Shown here in pieces: positions 47,584 through 59,096 of a DNA stretch of 64,000 nt. The notes under the pieces were generated by a model. It searched no databases and was not told the DNA's origin. It saw nothing but the letters and a program-made list of their open reading frames with translations. The stretch comes from Trichosphaerium sp. ATCC 40318 (Eukaryota > Protista > Tubulinea): the NCBI GenBank assembly GCA_038496445.1, contig JALMLS010000173.1, positions 80,822 to 144,821 of the forward strand, written 5' to 3'. The translations under genes were made by a program, and so were the position numbers. Positions within the stretch are counted from its first letter, which is position 1, and each line of letters starts with the position of its first letter.

Positions 47584-50500
47584 TTAGCGTCGAAGCTTAG
47601 CAATCTCGTAAGAGAACGCAATGTCAAAGTTTGAAATGAGTCTATTGACGAAGCGGAGGACTTCCTCGTTGCTATGCAATCGGCCAAGCTGATGTAAGAA
47701 AACATCGTTGCGAGAATTACTGGTAACGTAAAAAGAACCATGAGTCAACAAGCTCATGAGAACTTTTACAGCACCCTCGTAAGCTTTCTGCTTCGACGAG
47801 GTGAGTACGCTATCGCGTATACGTGTCAGATGATTCTTCAGGGTAGCCATCGTGTCTACAGTACGTCGACTGGACTGGCTACGAGGCGTATCTTTAGAGG
47901 GACGCGGAGTGTGAGGTAGACCTGGGGTAGGAGTTTGGGTCTGATGAAGTTTTGGAATTTGATTATCACGGAATTTCCAATAAGATTTGAGCCGTCTAGC
48001 ATTGACAATGGGGTGCCATGATGTCTCTCCAGAGGGTTTATCAAGCAGGAATACACCTGGAGCCGTTTGTTTAATGATCTGATACGGTCCAATCCAGTGA
48101 CTGGAGAGCTTGTCGGTGAATTTGCCATCGGGTTTGGGGACATTAACCATAACCCATTGAGCGGGTTTATAGTTATGTGTTTTAGCACCGCGAGTACGGT
48201 CATGATATGCTTTTTGGTAGGCGCGTTGTTTTTCAGCGTGCTGATTTGCAAGGCTGAGTGCTTTGGACAACCGAGTACGAACACGTTTAGGAAAAGCGTG
48301 TCCCAGAGGGGGTGAAGCGTCTGGAGCCAAAGAAGCTTGAATAGCAGTACGGCCAAGGCGTCCAGTCATCAGGAAATGTGGAGACTGTTTAGTAGAGGCG
48401 TGTGGTGCAAAGTTATACGCTTGTAAACATTGAGGTAAAAAGTCGTCCCAGTCGTCATGATCTTCATTGACGTACAGAGAGAGCATCTCAATGATAGTGC
48501 GGTTGAAGCGCTCTACTTGGCCATTGGTCTGTGGGTGATATGCAGTGGTGTTCAACTTCTTAACACCAAAAAGGGCATTAAGCTCAGAGATCAATCCAGA
48601 CAGGAAGTTCTCGCCACGGTCGGAAAGCAATTGCATAGGATAGCCCCAACGGCGGAACACATCGTTGTAGAGCCAGCGGGCAATCTTGGCGGACTTCTCA
48701 TCAGGGAGCGCAACAGCTTCAACAAATTTGGTACACAAATCGGTAACCACAATAACTTTGCAGTTACCATGGTGCGACTTGGGAAGTTTAAGGGCATCAA
48801 TGGACACTGTGTGCCAGGGTTCTATGGACACAGTAGACTTCATAGGAGCTGTAAGCTTCGAACGTGGACCCTTACGAGCGGCGCACTTCGAACAATTTAA
48901 GCACCAATCTTTGACATCACCAGAACAGTTACGCCACCAAAAACGGCGGCGAATGCTGTTGAATGTACGCATGAACATCTGGTGGCCAAGGTCATCGTGG
49001 AAGGCAGCGAGCACTGTGTTGACATGAGATCGGGGAACGCAAAGGAGTCGGAAGGGTTCATCAGAGGGAAGTGCTTTAGAAGGAAACCAATATCTATATA
49101 ATAACAAAGAATTGTCATCAATAAAATATGATTCGGATTGTTCGAGAACACGGCGAGAAGCAGAGCGCCCAGTAGGTTTGACACCAGTGAAAATATATGT
49201 ATACAGATCAGAGAAGGCAGGATCAGCCTTTTGAGCTTCAGGTGTGATACGGAGGTTATCAACAGCAACAGCAGAACTAACATTAGCTATAGGGTTACGG
49301 CTTGGACCATCAGCGTTGCCGTGCCAGCGACCAGGGCGGTGTACTACAGTATAATCATAGTCTTCTAACTGTAGTGCCCATCGAGCATATTTAGGCTTGA
49401 GAGTTTTGGATTGTAAGATATACTTGATAGCACTGTGATCAATATAAATGGTAACTTTGCTATAAAGAATATATGGACGAAACTTAGCGAGAGCGCGGAC
49501 TAACGCAAGACACTCCCACTCAGTGGTGTTTTTGTAACGTCGCTCGGCTTCAGAGTGTGCTTTGGAGAAGTACGAGATGACACGTGAAACACCGTTGTTG
49601 TCAAGCTGTTCGAGGACTGCGCCAGAGGCGTAGCCAGATCCATCAGTATATAGCCGAAAAGGTCGATCAAAACGTGGAAGAGCTAACAGCGGAGGTGAAG
49701 TCAACGCAGTTTTGAGAGCTTTAAACGAACGAGTTTGAGGAGCCGCCCAAACCCAGGGTTGTTCATTGCGAATAAGCTTTTGCAGTGGTTCGGCTATGTG
49801 AGCGTACTGTTTGATATACTTCCGATAGTAGTTCGACATCCCCAAAAAGGTGCGTACTTCGGAGGCGTTGCGAGGAGATCGTGCTTCTAGAATACACTTC
49901 GTGTGCTCTGGATTGGGTCGTACACCCTCGGACGAGATGACATGTCCCAAATAGGCGATCTGAGGTTTAAAGAACTGGCATTTGTCAGCACGGAGTGTGA
50001 AACCAGAATCGATAACGCGTTCAAAAACGAGGAGCAAAGCAATAAGATGATCCTCGAAATTGGCAGAATAGACGATAATGTCGTCCATATATACCAAACA
50101 AACGTGCCACGCTAGACCTGACATCAGAACGTTCATGGTGCGCTGAAAGGTGGCAGGAGCATTGGTTAGACCAAAAGGCATGCGGTTCCACTCGTATAAT
50201 CCGTCGCGAGTAGAAAATGCAGTCTTGTGTTTGTCTTTTTCATCAACAGGTATATGCCAAAAACCTGATGGAGCATCGAGAGTTGAAAAGAATTTAGCGG
50301 ATTGTAGGTGGTTGAGAGCGTCATTGATGCGTGGTAATGGGTAAACGTCCTTCTTGGTGACTTTGTTGAGAGCACGATAGTCAACACAAAAGCGTTTGGA
50401 TCCATCAGACTTGCGGACAAGCAACACAGGGGAAGACCAAGCACTGTTAGAGGGACGAATAATGCCATTTTTGAGCAATTCGTCAACTTGAAGTGCAATA

Positions 50501-51555
50501 TGTTCAGCTTCTGGAGGTGAAAACGAGCGAAGCGGAACACGGACAGGTCTGCTATCACCGGTGTCAATCTGATGAGGAGGTACGTGCGCTTGTGGGGGTG
50601 CTTTGGGATCGGAGGTGAACGTGTGTCGAAGTTGCCACAGAAAAAGCAGAAGTTGATCATACTGCAATTTGGTGAGGTGGTCACCGCGTTCAACTTTGAA
50701 TAACTTCAGTGTCTGTCGTCGGACCTCTGGCGTGAGAAGCTGCATTTGGAGAAGTTGATGCAGTTTTTTCTTGATACGTTTAAGTTCTGTGTTGGCATTA
50801 CGGATGCTACGAATACTGTTTACTTCCAACAGTGCAAGAGCAGTCCCAGCGCGTATTTTAACTCGATTGGCTGTAAAGTTGGAAACGCCAATAGAAATAT
50901 GTGGACTATCCAGAGTGGTGATGCCACGTGCGACGTTGAAGCGAGAGTTATGAGAACGAAGAGGACGTACCAAGCCGTGTTTGACATTGGGCTTCCAGTT
51001 TGTCACATGACCCTTAACAACCTGAGCGCCGGTCAACCCACTAAAAGCAGGCAAGGTCACGGTATTCGAACACCGTACATAATGCACGTGTTCGGGCGCG
51101 TAAGAGAATATGCCCATTGACTCAGAGAGTTCAAAGGCGGTCTCTTTGAGGGTCATCTTGGCGTCGGAAATGTCGAGGACTGCATTGAAGGAAGCGAGAG
51201 CGTCCATACCGAGAATGACATCGTAACGAGATGTGAGGACGACCAGGAATCGAACATCACGAACACGACTGCCAATACGGACAGGGAGGAGATGTGAGCC
51301 GAGAACTTTAACAAGGGAACCATCAAAAGTACGAACGGAACGCGTATAAAGAACAGGTACTTTATTGTTTGTAACACGTTTTAATGTTTGCAAAGAGATC
51401 AGAGAGGCATCGGCACCAGTGTCGAGTAAGCAGGGCAAAGGGGCATCGGAGACATGGCAAGTACCCATGAGAGCTTGTACTTGCTTCTGGCGAGGTGTAG
51501 CTGATTTGTTTGCAGAGGCGCTTGCTACGAAATGAGCGCCTTTTACCAGTTTTCC
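47584..51555 (-). CDS. pol: Pol (protease, RT, RNase H, integrase), reached by -1 frameshift
   Basis: LLDTGA, YMDD, YTDGS, HHCC (H..LGH...CSKC), D-D-E (SIDA/SDRG/QVER) and WIGPY; the frame is open from the gag-end slippery site to the ATG at 51468. Confidence 0.95.
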   Translation of the reverse strand, partial: GKLVKGAHFVASASANKSATPRQKQVQALMGTCHVSDAPLPCLLDTGADASLISLQTLKRVTNNKVPVLYTRSVRTFDGSLVKVLGSHLLPVRIGSRVRDVRFLVVLTSRYDVILGMDALASFNAVLDISDAKMTLKETAFELSESMGIFSYAPEHVHYVRCSNTVTLPAFSGLTGAQVVKGHVTNWKPNVKHGLVRPLRSHNSRFNVARGITTLDSPHISIGVSNFTANRVKIRAGTALALLEVNSIRSIRNANTELKRIKKKLHQLLQMQLLTPEVRRQTLKLFKVERGDHLTKLQYDQLLLFLWQLRHTFTSDPKAPPQAHVPPHQIDTGDSRPVRVPLRSFSPPEAEHIALQVDELLKNGIIRPSNSAWSSPVLLVRKSDGSKRFCVDYRALNKVTKKDVYPLPRINDALNHLQSAKFFSTLDAPSGFWHIPVDEKDKHKTAFSTRDGLYEWNRMPFGLTNAPATFQRTMNVLMSGLAWHVCLVYMDDIIVYSANFEDHLIALLLVFERVIDSGFTLRADKCQFFKPQIAYLGHVISSEGVRPNPEHTKCILEARSPRNASEVRTFLGMSNYYRKYIKQYAHIAEPLQKLIRNEQPWVWAAPQTRSFKALKTALTSPPLLALPRFDRPFRLYTDGSGYASGAVLEQLDNNGVSRVISYFSKAHSEAERRYKNTTEWECLALVRALAKFRPYILYSKVTIYIDHSAIKYILQSKTLKPKYARWALQLEDYDYTVVHRPGRWHGNADGPSRNPIANVSSAVAVDNLRITPEAQKADPAFSDLYTYIFTGVKPTGRSASRRVLEQSESYFIDDNSLLLYRYWFPSKALPSDEPFRLLCVPRSHVNTVLAAFHDDLGHQMFMRTFNSIRRRFWWRNCSGDVKDWCLNCSKCAARKGPRSKLTAPMKSTVSIEPWHTVSIDALKLPKSHHGNCKVIVVTDLCTKFVEAVALPDEKSAKIARWLYNDVFRRWGYPMQLLSDRGENFLSGLISELNALFGVKKLNTTAYHPQTNGQVERFNRTIIEMLSLYVNEDHDDWDDFLPQCLQAYNFAPHASTKQSPHFLMTGRLGRTAIQASLAPDASPPLGHAFPKRVRTRLSKALSLANQHAEKQRAYQKAYHDRTRGAKTHNYKPAQWVMVNVPKPDGKFTDKLSSHWIGPYQIIKQTAPGVFLLDKPSGETSWHPIVNARRLKSYWKFRDNQIPKLHQTQTPTPGLPHTPRPSKDTPRSQSSRRTVDTMATLKNHLTRIRDSVLTSSKQKAYEGAVKVLMSLLTHGSFYVTSNSRNDVFLHQLGRLHSNEEVLRFVNRLISNFDIAFSYEIAKLRR
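51497..51555 (-). promoter_or_regulatory. -1 ribosomal frameshift signal (G GAA AAC + stem-loop/pseudoknot)
   Basis: G GAA AAC at 51555-51549 just before the gag stop; stem AGGCGCT/AGCGCCT; loop GTAGC complementary to downstream GCTAC. Confidence 0.75.
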
Positions 51556-52694
51556 GAGTCATAGTACTCATCGTTGTAATAATCATCCAAGGCATCGGCT
51601 TCATGAGAAGACACGTGATTGACATCAAGCATTGGGTCATCTAGATCGTCGAGTGGAGGAGACTGCGGTTCAGGCAAAAGAGAGAGTGGATCAGTATCGA
51701 CATTGTTGACCTGTCGATTGCGTTGAGGATAGCGAGGGCGTCGGGACTGAGGTCGACCATTATACTGGCGAGGTCTTGAGCGGTTGTTGTAGGTGGGACG
51801 GGTGCGTAGACAGGACTCGAGGCGTCGGAGGCGTTGAAGACGGTAACACTGTTGAATAGTGTGATTGTCCTTGTTGCAATAATCACAGTGTCGGCGAGGT
51901 CTGGCGGGCGTTGGAGGAGCACGAACGGCGCTAATGGTAGGAACAGGAGCCATGATAGTAGAAGGGCTGAAATCGAGTTGATGGGCTAGAGTATCAGCAA
52001 TACCAACAGCTTCGTCGAATGTAGGAGGTGCGGCAGTACAAACGAGACCACGTAGAGCAGGGTGAAGGCCATGGAGGAATATATCCATCATGACAGGAGT
52101 GTCGAGGTTGTTAGCCTCGTTAGCATCGAAAGCAAGATCACGAAACTCATCGACGTACTCGTGGATAGGACGATTACCTTGAGAAATCACCAATAACTTC
52201 TTACGGCACTCGACAGCATAACCAGTGCGTAGGTAACGACGCATGACGGAAACGAGAATAGGGTACATAGCTGAGGTAAATCGTATTGTATTACCAGGGC
52301 CAAGAACGACTTTGTACTTCAAGGAGGGGCCTTGGGGAATCGATTTGACAGCACCGTGAGCATCGCCAAGTAATCTCGTGCGGAGCATGAAATTATAATC
52401 TGGCTCCAGCCAATTGTATTGGTGTGCGCATTGCTTCATGTAACTAAGCCAATCGCGTATGTTGGACAGGGGGTCTTTGGTGGGAACGCCATGAAATTCT
52501 ACAACTTTAGGGAAGTTCTTTTTATCCCTAACAGCCAGTAGGTCTTCAGGCGCGATCTTAGCGTCTTTATAGAAACGCTCTATCTCGCGGGAGGCAAGCG
52601 CGAGAGCATCCGAATTTATCTTATCAAAATCGGGTAAATAGTCCCAGGGAGCGTGTTCTAACTCGAACTGGGAAGAAATAATAGTAATAGACAT
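51543..52694 (-). CDS. gag: Gag with retrotransposon capsid region and CCHC zinc knuckle
   Basis: QGNRPIHEYVDEF...FLHGL and CDYCNKDNHTIQQC; first ATG after the LTR at 52694. Confidence 0.92.
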   Translation of the reverse strand: MSITIISSQFELEHAPWDYLPDFDKINSDALALASREIERFYKDAKIAPEDLLAVRDKKNFPKVVEFHGVPTKDPLSNIRDWLSYMKQCAHQYNWLEPDYNFMLRTRLLGDAHGAVKSIPQGPSLKYKVVLGPGNTIRFTSAMYPILVSVMRRYLRTGYAVECRKKLLVISQGNRPIHEYVDEFRDLAFDANEANNLDTPVMMDIFLHGLHPALRGLVCTAAPPTFDEAVGIADTLAHQLDFSPSTIMAPVPTISAVRAPPTPARPRRHCDYCNKDNHTIQQCYRLQRLRRLESCLRTRPTYNNRSRPRQYNGRPQSRRPRYPQRNRQVNNVDTDPLSLLPEPQSPPLDDLDDPMLDVNHVSSHEADALDDYYNDEYYDSENW

Positions 52695-52730
52695 CCGAGA
52701 GGTATAATAGGTAAAGCGAGGCACAAGAAA

Positions 52731-52743
52731 GCAAGTGTCGCCA
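52731..52743 (-). promoter_or_regulatory. primer-binding site, probably tRNA-Ser
   Basis: TGGCGACACTTGC 2 nt inside the 5' LTR, complementary to a ...GCAAGUGUCG-CCA tRNA end typical of tRNA-Ser. The tRNA identity is inferred. Confidence 0.7.
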
Positions 52744-52745
52744 AA

Positions 52746-52843
52746 TGTAATAAAGAGAGACGGCAATTAGGTTAGCCTGTGAATCTTCTATGTATTAAGG
52801 TACAGGAATAGTTAAGTACAGTATGCGGTATATTGTCATTACA
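52746..52843 (-). repeat. 5' LTR of element B
   Basis: Identical to 47444-47541. Confidence 0.95.
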
Positions 52844-53099
52844 GTAAAGTAACAATCTTAGCAAAACGCAAAAGTTTCAACCGGTGGGTAAAACTGATCA
52901 TTTTGAGGTACTAATTTTTTTCGTCATGAATATTAGTGAATACGTATTCATTCATAACACTAAAGCATTAGAAGATGCCTCGAGTACAAACCCTGAATGC
53001 TGTTGAAATACTTAATGTTCAGTATCTCGAGCTCTTTCATACCTAGGCCAGCAAGTTAATAAAACTAAAGGCTTCGAAACGAACAGTTTAACTTTCACG

Positions 53100-53615
53100 T
53101 CCGGCGACTGAGGACAACTTCACGTGATATTTGTGAACTTTATTTTCGAAGCACAAAAGATTGTAGACGCCTAAATACAACTTTGAAGCTATCAATACAA
53201 CCTATGAGTGTCACAGTTATGAAAGACATCAAAAGGGGTAAACAAGGATGGCTCACAATACTTATTCAGTCCATTTTTTACAAAGCTAACAAAGAAAGAT
53301 GCGCCTCTCTACTATTTTTCTCTTATCTCTCGTTATCCTTTCAGTCTATGTTGCCACCAGCGAAGCAGCAGTACGCTATATAGGCTTTTACCATACAACT
53401 AACTCAAGCCATAGTGCGGTGACTTTTGCAGTGGATGCCCTACTGTAGCCAAGAAAATGAGGTGTTGCTTTAACAAACATAGAAGACCAGAAAGTTCTTT
53501 CGAGCGTTGTAGGACTCAAGAACCCCTATAATTCCAATAGTGCTCCATAGCCTCTGCATACCGCTCCAGAAATCTTCATGTTGTATGATCAATAAAACAA
53601 CCCAATTAAGAATTT
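53100..53615 (+). repeat. left arm of a long imperfect inverted repeat
   Basis: Colinear reverse-complement match to 57865-58495; core 53281-53382 is nearly identical to 58096-58200. Confidence 0.85.
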
Positions 53616-54776
53616 AGTTGTGGCACTTTACAAAGTTGATTGTAGCAAAGTTATAGGCTCGAGTTTTGAGGATTGCTTAAACTCAAACGTGTTAAACTTG
53701 AGACATGTAAACAAGAGCTAATACTTATCACAGCGCACTACAAGCGGAACATTGGTTGTTAGCAGACGTGTACTTGTTTCGTTGGAAAGACGCAAGTTTC
53801 AGTATTGTGGTCACTCGCAGAAACTTTTTTTGGATTTGAGGATCTTCTGATCTTATCCTATGTAAAGTAAGGATATACACTAGTGGAAAATTTGCATATT
53901 AGTACAAGGGCTACCTATGTTCAAGAACCATGGACTTGGGTTATCGATGATTTCAGTTTGTCATAAAGTTTCCCGTTGATAAACAAAATCGATTAGCCCA
54001 CCGCTTCGTTCCACCTCTTTCTTAGTACAAAGGGGTAGAACGTCTGGATTGGTTTGTACCGATTAAGGCTAAAAACGTGATCACTTGTTTATTTCTCTGC
54101 ATCACAGGGAGTGAATGGTTTTGATTTCAAGGCGCGGACGCTATTTCTCCTTTTTTGAAGTTGATGTGTAATTCTCCTCTTTTCAATCCATAGCACGAAT
54201 GACACAAAGACACTAGGTGGCAGTTTTTGAACTTCCTAACGTTTTTATGAACCATCAGGCATTTGGTGTGTATTGTCAATTGACACGCAATTTGATGTCT
54301 GTTTTCAGGTAGTTATAGCGCGAACCGTAACGTTTACTCGGTAACCACTTGTGTTGTGTGACTTTATTTTCTGTAAATGTGTGCAACGTCCCATTCGCTT
54401 TATTTATTTCTGTGGCTTTTAAAAAATACACTCGACGCACTTTAACGCCCGTGTCCACGGTATAAGCAACTATTTATTGTCTAGAAGTGTAATGTTATGT
54501 GTGTTGATGTCGATAGTAGCTTACTCCACCTGCTTGCGTACTTCAGTGATGTTTGCGGGTGAGAATACGTAAAAGGCAATTATTCCTCTTACAACGAATT
54601 TGTCATGTTGTTTATTTTGAAAAGTATACATTCCACGTTAAAACAGAGTCTAGGCGTTTTTTCCAAATACGATTGTCGGAGTTCGTAATTTCAACACTTT
54701 TAAAACAACATTGTCGCTAGGTTACATTTTTACGTCTAGTCACAAGCCCACGCCTTCCTGTGCGTTCGCCTACATA

Positions 54777-57418
54777 ATGAGAGTATTTTTAACTACTTGC
54801 GGTACATCTACAATAAATTTGATCTACAGCGTCACCAATTGAAAAATAGTAGCTCGTTGCGGTTACTCATAGTATGAATATACTAGAATACCATATTTAA
54901 AGCGAGTTTAAACATTTAATGATTTTTTTATAGTTCTGTTCGCAGTGTCGCTTTATATTACCAATGCACAGTATGGAAACAAGGTATTTATACTAGAGAT
55001 GCAGTTACAAATATCTGCAAAAATATGCACACCATCAGAGAGTGGTTCTCTTTATACAACAGCCGATGGCCTAGACGTAGAATGTGATGCGGAAAGAGTT
55101 CCAGTTGATCTAGGCAATTACAGTCTTGTCATAATTCCTCCATCGATCATGAGGTTGCTGGATGCTGAAGAAATAAGCTCTCTTACTAACTACGCGAATA
55201 ATGGTGGCCGTTTATGGATTATTGGCGAAAGAATCGGTGGACAAACTACAGAAGCGATGTTAGATAACCAAAACTCTATACTAGAGAGTATTAACGTCAC
55301 TTCAAGATTTGCAGCGTACCGTGTTGATAAGGACTGCGAGGTTCGTTGTGTGTTTTTTCGGATTTTTTCAAAAACTTCAAAAAAAAACTTGTCATGACGG
55401 TCTTTTATACCGATTTGTCTATTCTTGACTCTATAAATATCCTGGATATATTGTCACACTTATAACTCCTCGAAAAATCGTCGAGGAAACCAGTAGCGTT
55501 CACTTTTTTTAATTTTTTTTTTGAACATTTTTATTATTTTATGGTATTGACGTTGATTTTTGTTAGAGCGGATACTTTGTACCAAATGATTATATGCTAT
55601 TCAGTAATGCTTCCACAACATCACCTCTCCGTACTATAGGACCTGGAAACATAACAGTAGCAGAACCTGGTAAAATAATTGCTGAAGCTAATGCTACAGG
55701 CATTGTTTTAATAGCAGCTGAGCGTAAGTCTTTTTTTTTTTTCCTTTTTTTTTGTGGGATATCACGTTCGCTTAGTAACTTTTTGTTTAACAGGTAACAT
55801 CGTGTTATTTTCAGATTTATTTCTTGTGGCATCTGGGTTTGATTCTGGTACTTGTGCTGTAACATTCAGAACAAATGGAGCTTTATTAAACCCAATTGTT
55901 ATTGAGATTGTTAATTCACCTATCCTCCCTCCAACTACAATGTCACCTACAACATCACCTCCAACACCAATACCAACGACACAATCTCCAACGCCTAGAC
56001 CAACAACACAATCTCCAACGCTTATACCAACAACACAAGCTCCAACGGCAAGTCCTGGGGTTTGTACAATATGTGGATGTATTCCACCTCAACCTTTGTT
56101 CACGTGTGAAAATGGTACTTGGACGAAAAATGGAAGTGTAGTTGGGAGCATGAATATATTGGCTGTACCGATTATAATTGTTGGTGCGTGCAGTTTTATT
56201 CATCATTTCTTATTATTTTAATACTCTAAATATTCCTACTTGCAATTTCTCCGAAGAGAAAAGAAACGTTACTGCTTTGAGTCACAAGTATTGTTTTCTT
56301 TTTTCTTTTTTTTTCAGTTTTTTTTTGCGTTCGTTGCATCGCTATTAAAATACACTGTTTGTTCAGTTGTTTATTTATTACTTGTAAAATACTTTGGTTA
56401 GGGTGCAATGTTTTTCTAATTAATATCTTGCTATTTGTGGCCCAAAACTGACTTTTTTGACAAGGTGATGTATTTGTTGGAGCAAATGAGACTATTACAT
56501 TTGGTCGTGATAATTCTTTGTTAATAGACGGTTGTATAACCTTAATGGGTAATATAAATATTACCTTAAATAGCACAGAAATTGAGGATATAAAATTAAA
56601 GTACGTAACTTGCGACAACGAAACACCAGAACACTTTTTATCTTTGTTCAAAAAAGTAAAAAAAAACTTGAATCTAACAACAAAATCTAGTGGTGGTAGC
56701 TTTCAACTGTTAAAGTCTACATGTAACGTAAGTGTTACAGATGCATCTTTTACAGTACCATCTGATAAAGATTGCTATAATATTACACCACAGCCTGGTA
56801 TTAGACCTTTTGGTGATTCTGGACAATCTGTTTGGGTTTCGTTTAGCATAAACACTAATGACTGCAATAGTGGCTTTGTACGTGTTTTAACAACTACCTT
56901 GAGTTTAAAAACACGAATTTAAATTTGAACTTTGTTTGCTTTTATTGGCTTGGTGTATCACGTGATTTAAAAAAAAACGTTGTTGCCAAAAAAGTTTTTT
57001 GTGTTAGTTACATTCGTTCTAGTTCTAACTGTTTGTTTTAGAGCATGACATGGATAATAGCTATTACTTGTTCTGTTAGTGCATTCTTAATAGTAGTTAT
57101 CATACTATTGGTGATATTCTTTGTACCTCCGATAAGGTACAAGCCACAATAGCACTCTTTTTTTTCTTTTTTTTCTAAAATGTCCCTTTGTTTGATCAAG
57201 TACTAATCAAACTGATAATTAGTGTTCGTGTTCTTCCTTATAAAAGACAAATACATAAAATACGAAAGAGAGGTAAACAAGCATCTAAAGTCAATTACTC
57301 GGTAAGAACGAAGAAGAATTAACAATTTGTTTTGTTCTTTACCCAATACGAAATACTAACACTTTCTTTCCAGACTTCAACAAACTCACTCCATTCTCTA
57401 AATAGCCAAACAATGTAA
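54777..57418 (+). CDS. type I membrane protein with T/P-rich (TTQSPT) stalk, multi-exon
   Basis: Signal peptide MRVFLTTCVLFAVSLYITNA, TxSPT repeats, TM WIIAITCSVSAFLIVVIILLVIFFVP and a basic tail. Confidence 0.72.
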
Positions 57419-57864
57419 GCTTGAAATAAAGCCATTTTTTCAAACAACAACTACGTTTGTGAGTTTCCCTTGATAGTTCTATTACACCAAGCCAGCATTT
57501 TGGTTTTTAGCCACTACCTCAATAAATAGTTATGTACTCCACAAGTGACTGATTTGCATAAGTACTGCAATATCACAATTTCACCATTGAATTGTTGATT
57601 CATGCAACTGTGCTGAGAGCATGTAGAACTTAACAGGAGCATGTGGTGGCATTGTACAACACCAACAAAATCTCATTTTTTACACGGTTAGCTGAGTACA
57701 GATTTTTTTGCTGAGTTTCTTAGCCTCGGTGAACCGGCTACAGATTTTTATCGGGACCAGACAACGATCAGTTGTATACACAAAATGCCAAATAGTTTCT
57801 AAAGCTGGCTGTAATACACTGTGTATACCGTACAGTGCCTCAACTGAATTCTCAATCTCAACTT

Positions 57865-58495
57865 GAGGTTTGGTTTATTGATCTTACAACATGAAAGGGT
57901 TCTGGAGCCGTACACGTGCAGATGCCATGAGCGCTCTTGTACTTACTGGTAGGGTTCTTGAGCCAAACAGTTAACGAAAATTCTCTCTGGTCTTCTATAT
58001 CTTCTAAAGCAACACCTATTTTTCGTGAGTATATCACGACATCCCCTGCAAAAGTAATCGCACTATAGGCTCGAGTTAGTCTTCTGGTAGAAGGTTATAT
58101 AGCGTACTGCTGCTTCGCTGGTGGCTACATAGACTGAAAGGATAACGAGAGATAAGAGAAAAATAGTAGAGAGGCGCATCTTTCTTTGTGGTTAGCTTTG
58201 TTATGTTCACGCCGAAAACATATTGTGAGCCATCCTCCTTTTTGGGCAAACAGTAGAATGTGAGTATCTCAAGATGCCTTAGCGTAAACCTTTTTATACA
58301 TAGTTTTGTTGGTGGTGTTTTTGGGCACGTGGAGATATTCTGTTTTTTTAGTTTACCTTTTTATGTCGTTCGTAACTATTACTCACAGGTTGTATTGATA
58401 GTTTCAAAGTTGTGTTTAGCCGTTTATGATCTGTTGTGCTTCGAATATAAAGTTCACAAAAAGATCAAGTAAATTGAGTCTTTAGTCGAAGGATG
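57865..58495 (-). repeat. right arm of a long imperfect inverted repeat
   Basis: Reverse-complement match to 53100-53615. Confidence 0.85.
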
Positions 58496-59096
58496 TGGGA
58501 TACAGCACCCTGGCCTCAAGGTGAAGATTATTTGAGGAAAACACATTCATCATACTTTCAGATTTCTTCCAGATTTCATAAAACTTGAAATTTTCCCTCG
58601 TTGTAAACTAATATATCTACACCTTTCAGGTTTTTCCCAAAAGTATTTCGCTTTTGGTAATTTCAATGTACAAAGCGGTCAAGCAAATTGTTACCTTTAT
58701 CTTGCTAGTACTTTCATTAATCATGACGGTACAAATAGTATTTTACCGGCGTTTGATAAGCGGGGTAGTTTGTTACTTAAGGTAGTAGTTTCCAGTGTAA
58801 CAACTTCGGTGACGAGCAGTTCAATCAATGACAGATTACGACAGAAAAAGTTTTTTAATGTAATGTAATTTATTGATTTGTACAAGAGATTAATCCAATA
58901 AATGGGATGGGTCTCAGGCTATGTTGATCCAGGTAGGGTCGCAGCCGAGCGAGACAGAGTCTCTCCTCCAATCTGGTAGTGTTGGACTAACAAGAACAAG
59001 TGAATCTAACAATCACAGAGTCAAACTTTTGTTAACATGTTTATTCAAAAGGTCCTCCACGTGTAATTAAAACAATACCTAGCTTGTCAATCTCTT

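Larger units (their letters stand above)
47444..52843 (-). mobile_element. complete Ty3/Gypsy LTR retrotransposon (element B), 5400 bp
   Basis: Identical 98-bp LTRs, GTAA target-site duplication (47440-47443 and 52844-52847), PBS, PPT, and gag followed by PR-RT-RH-IN. Confidence 0.97.

Noticed and set aside
47856-51922. Many overlapping and antisense ORFs inside element B
   Set aside because: Shadow frames of GC-richer gag/pol with no recognisable motifs; no env-like ORF.
47300-52950. tRNA-gene-targeted insertion of element B
   Set aside because: No tRNA A/B boxes were seen in either flank.
55930-56050. 27-bp tandem units as a CRISPR-like or satellite array
   Set aside because: They are in-frame coding TTQSPT stalk repeats with no unique spacers.
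58900-58970. Minus-strand CCTGGATCAACATAGCCTGAGACCC resembling the SRP/7SL RNA 3' end
   Set aside because: No S-domain or Alu 5' domain is visible nearby; too short to support.
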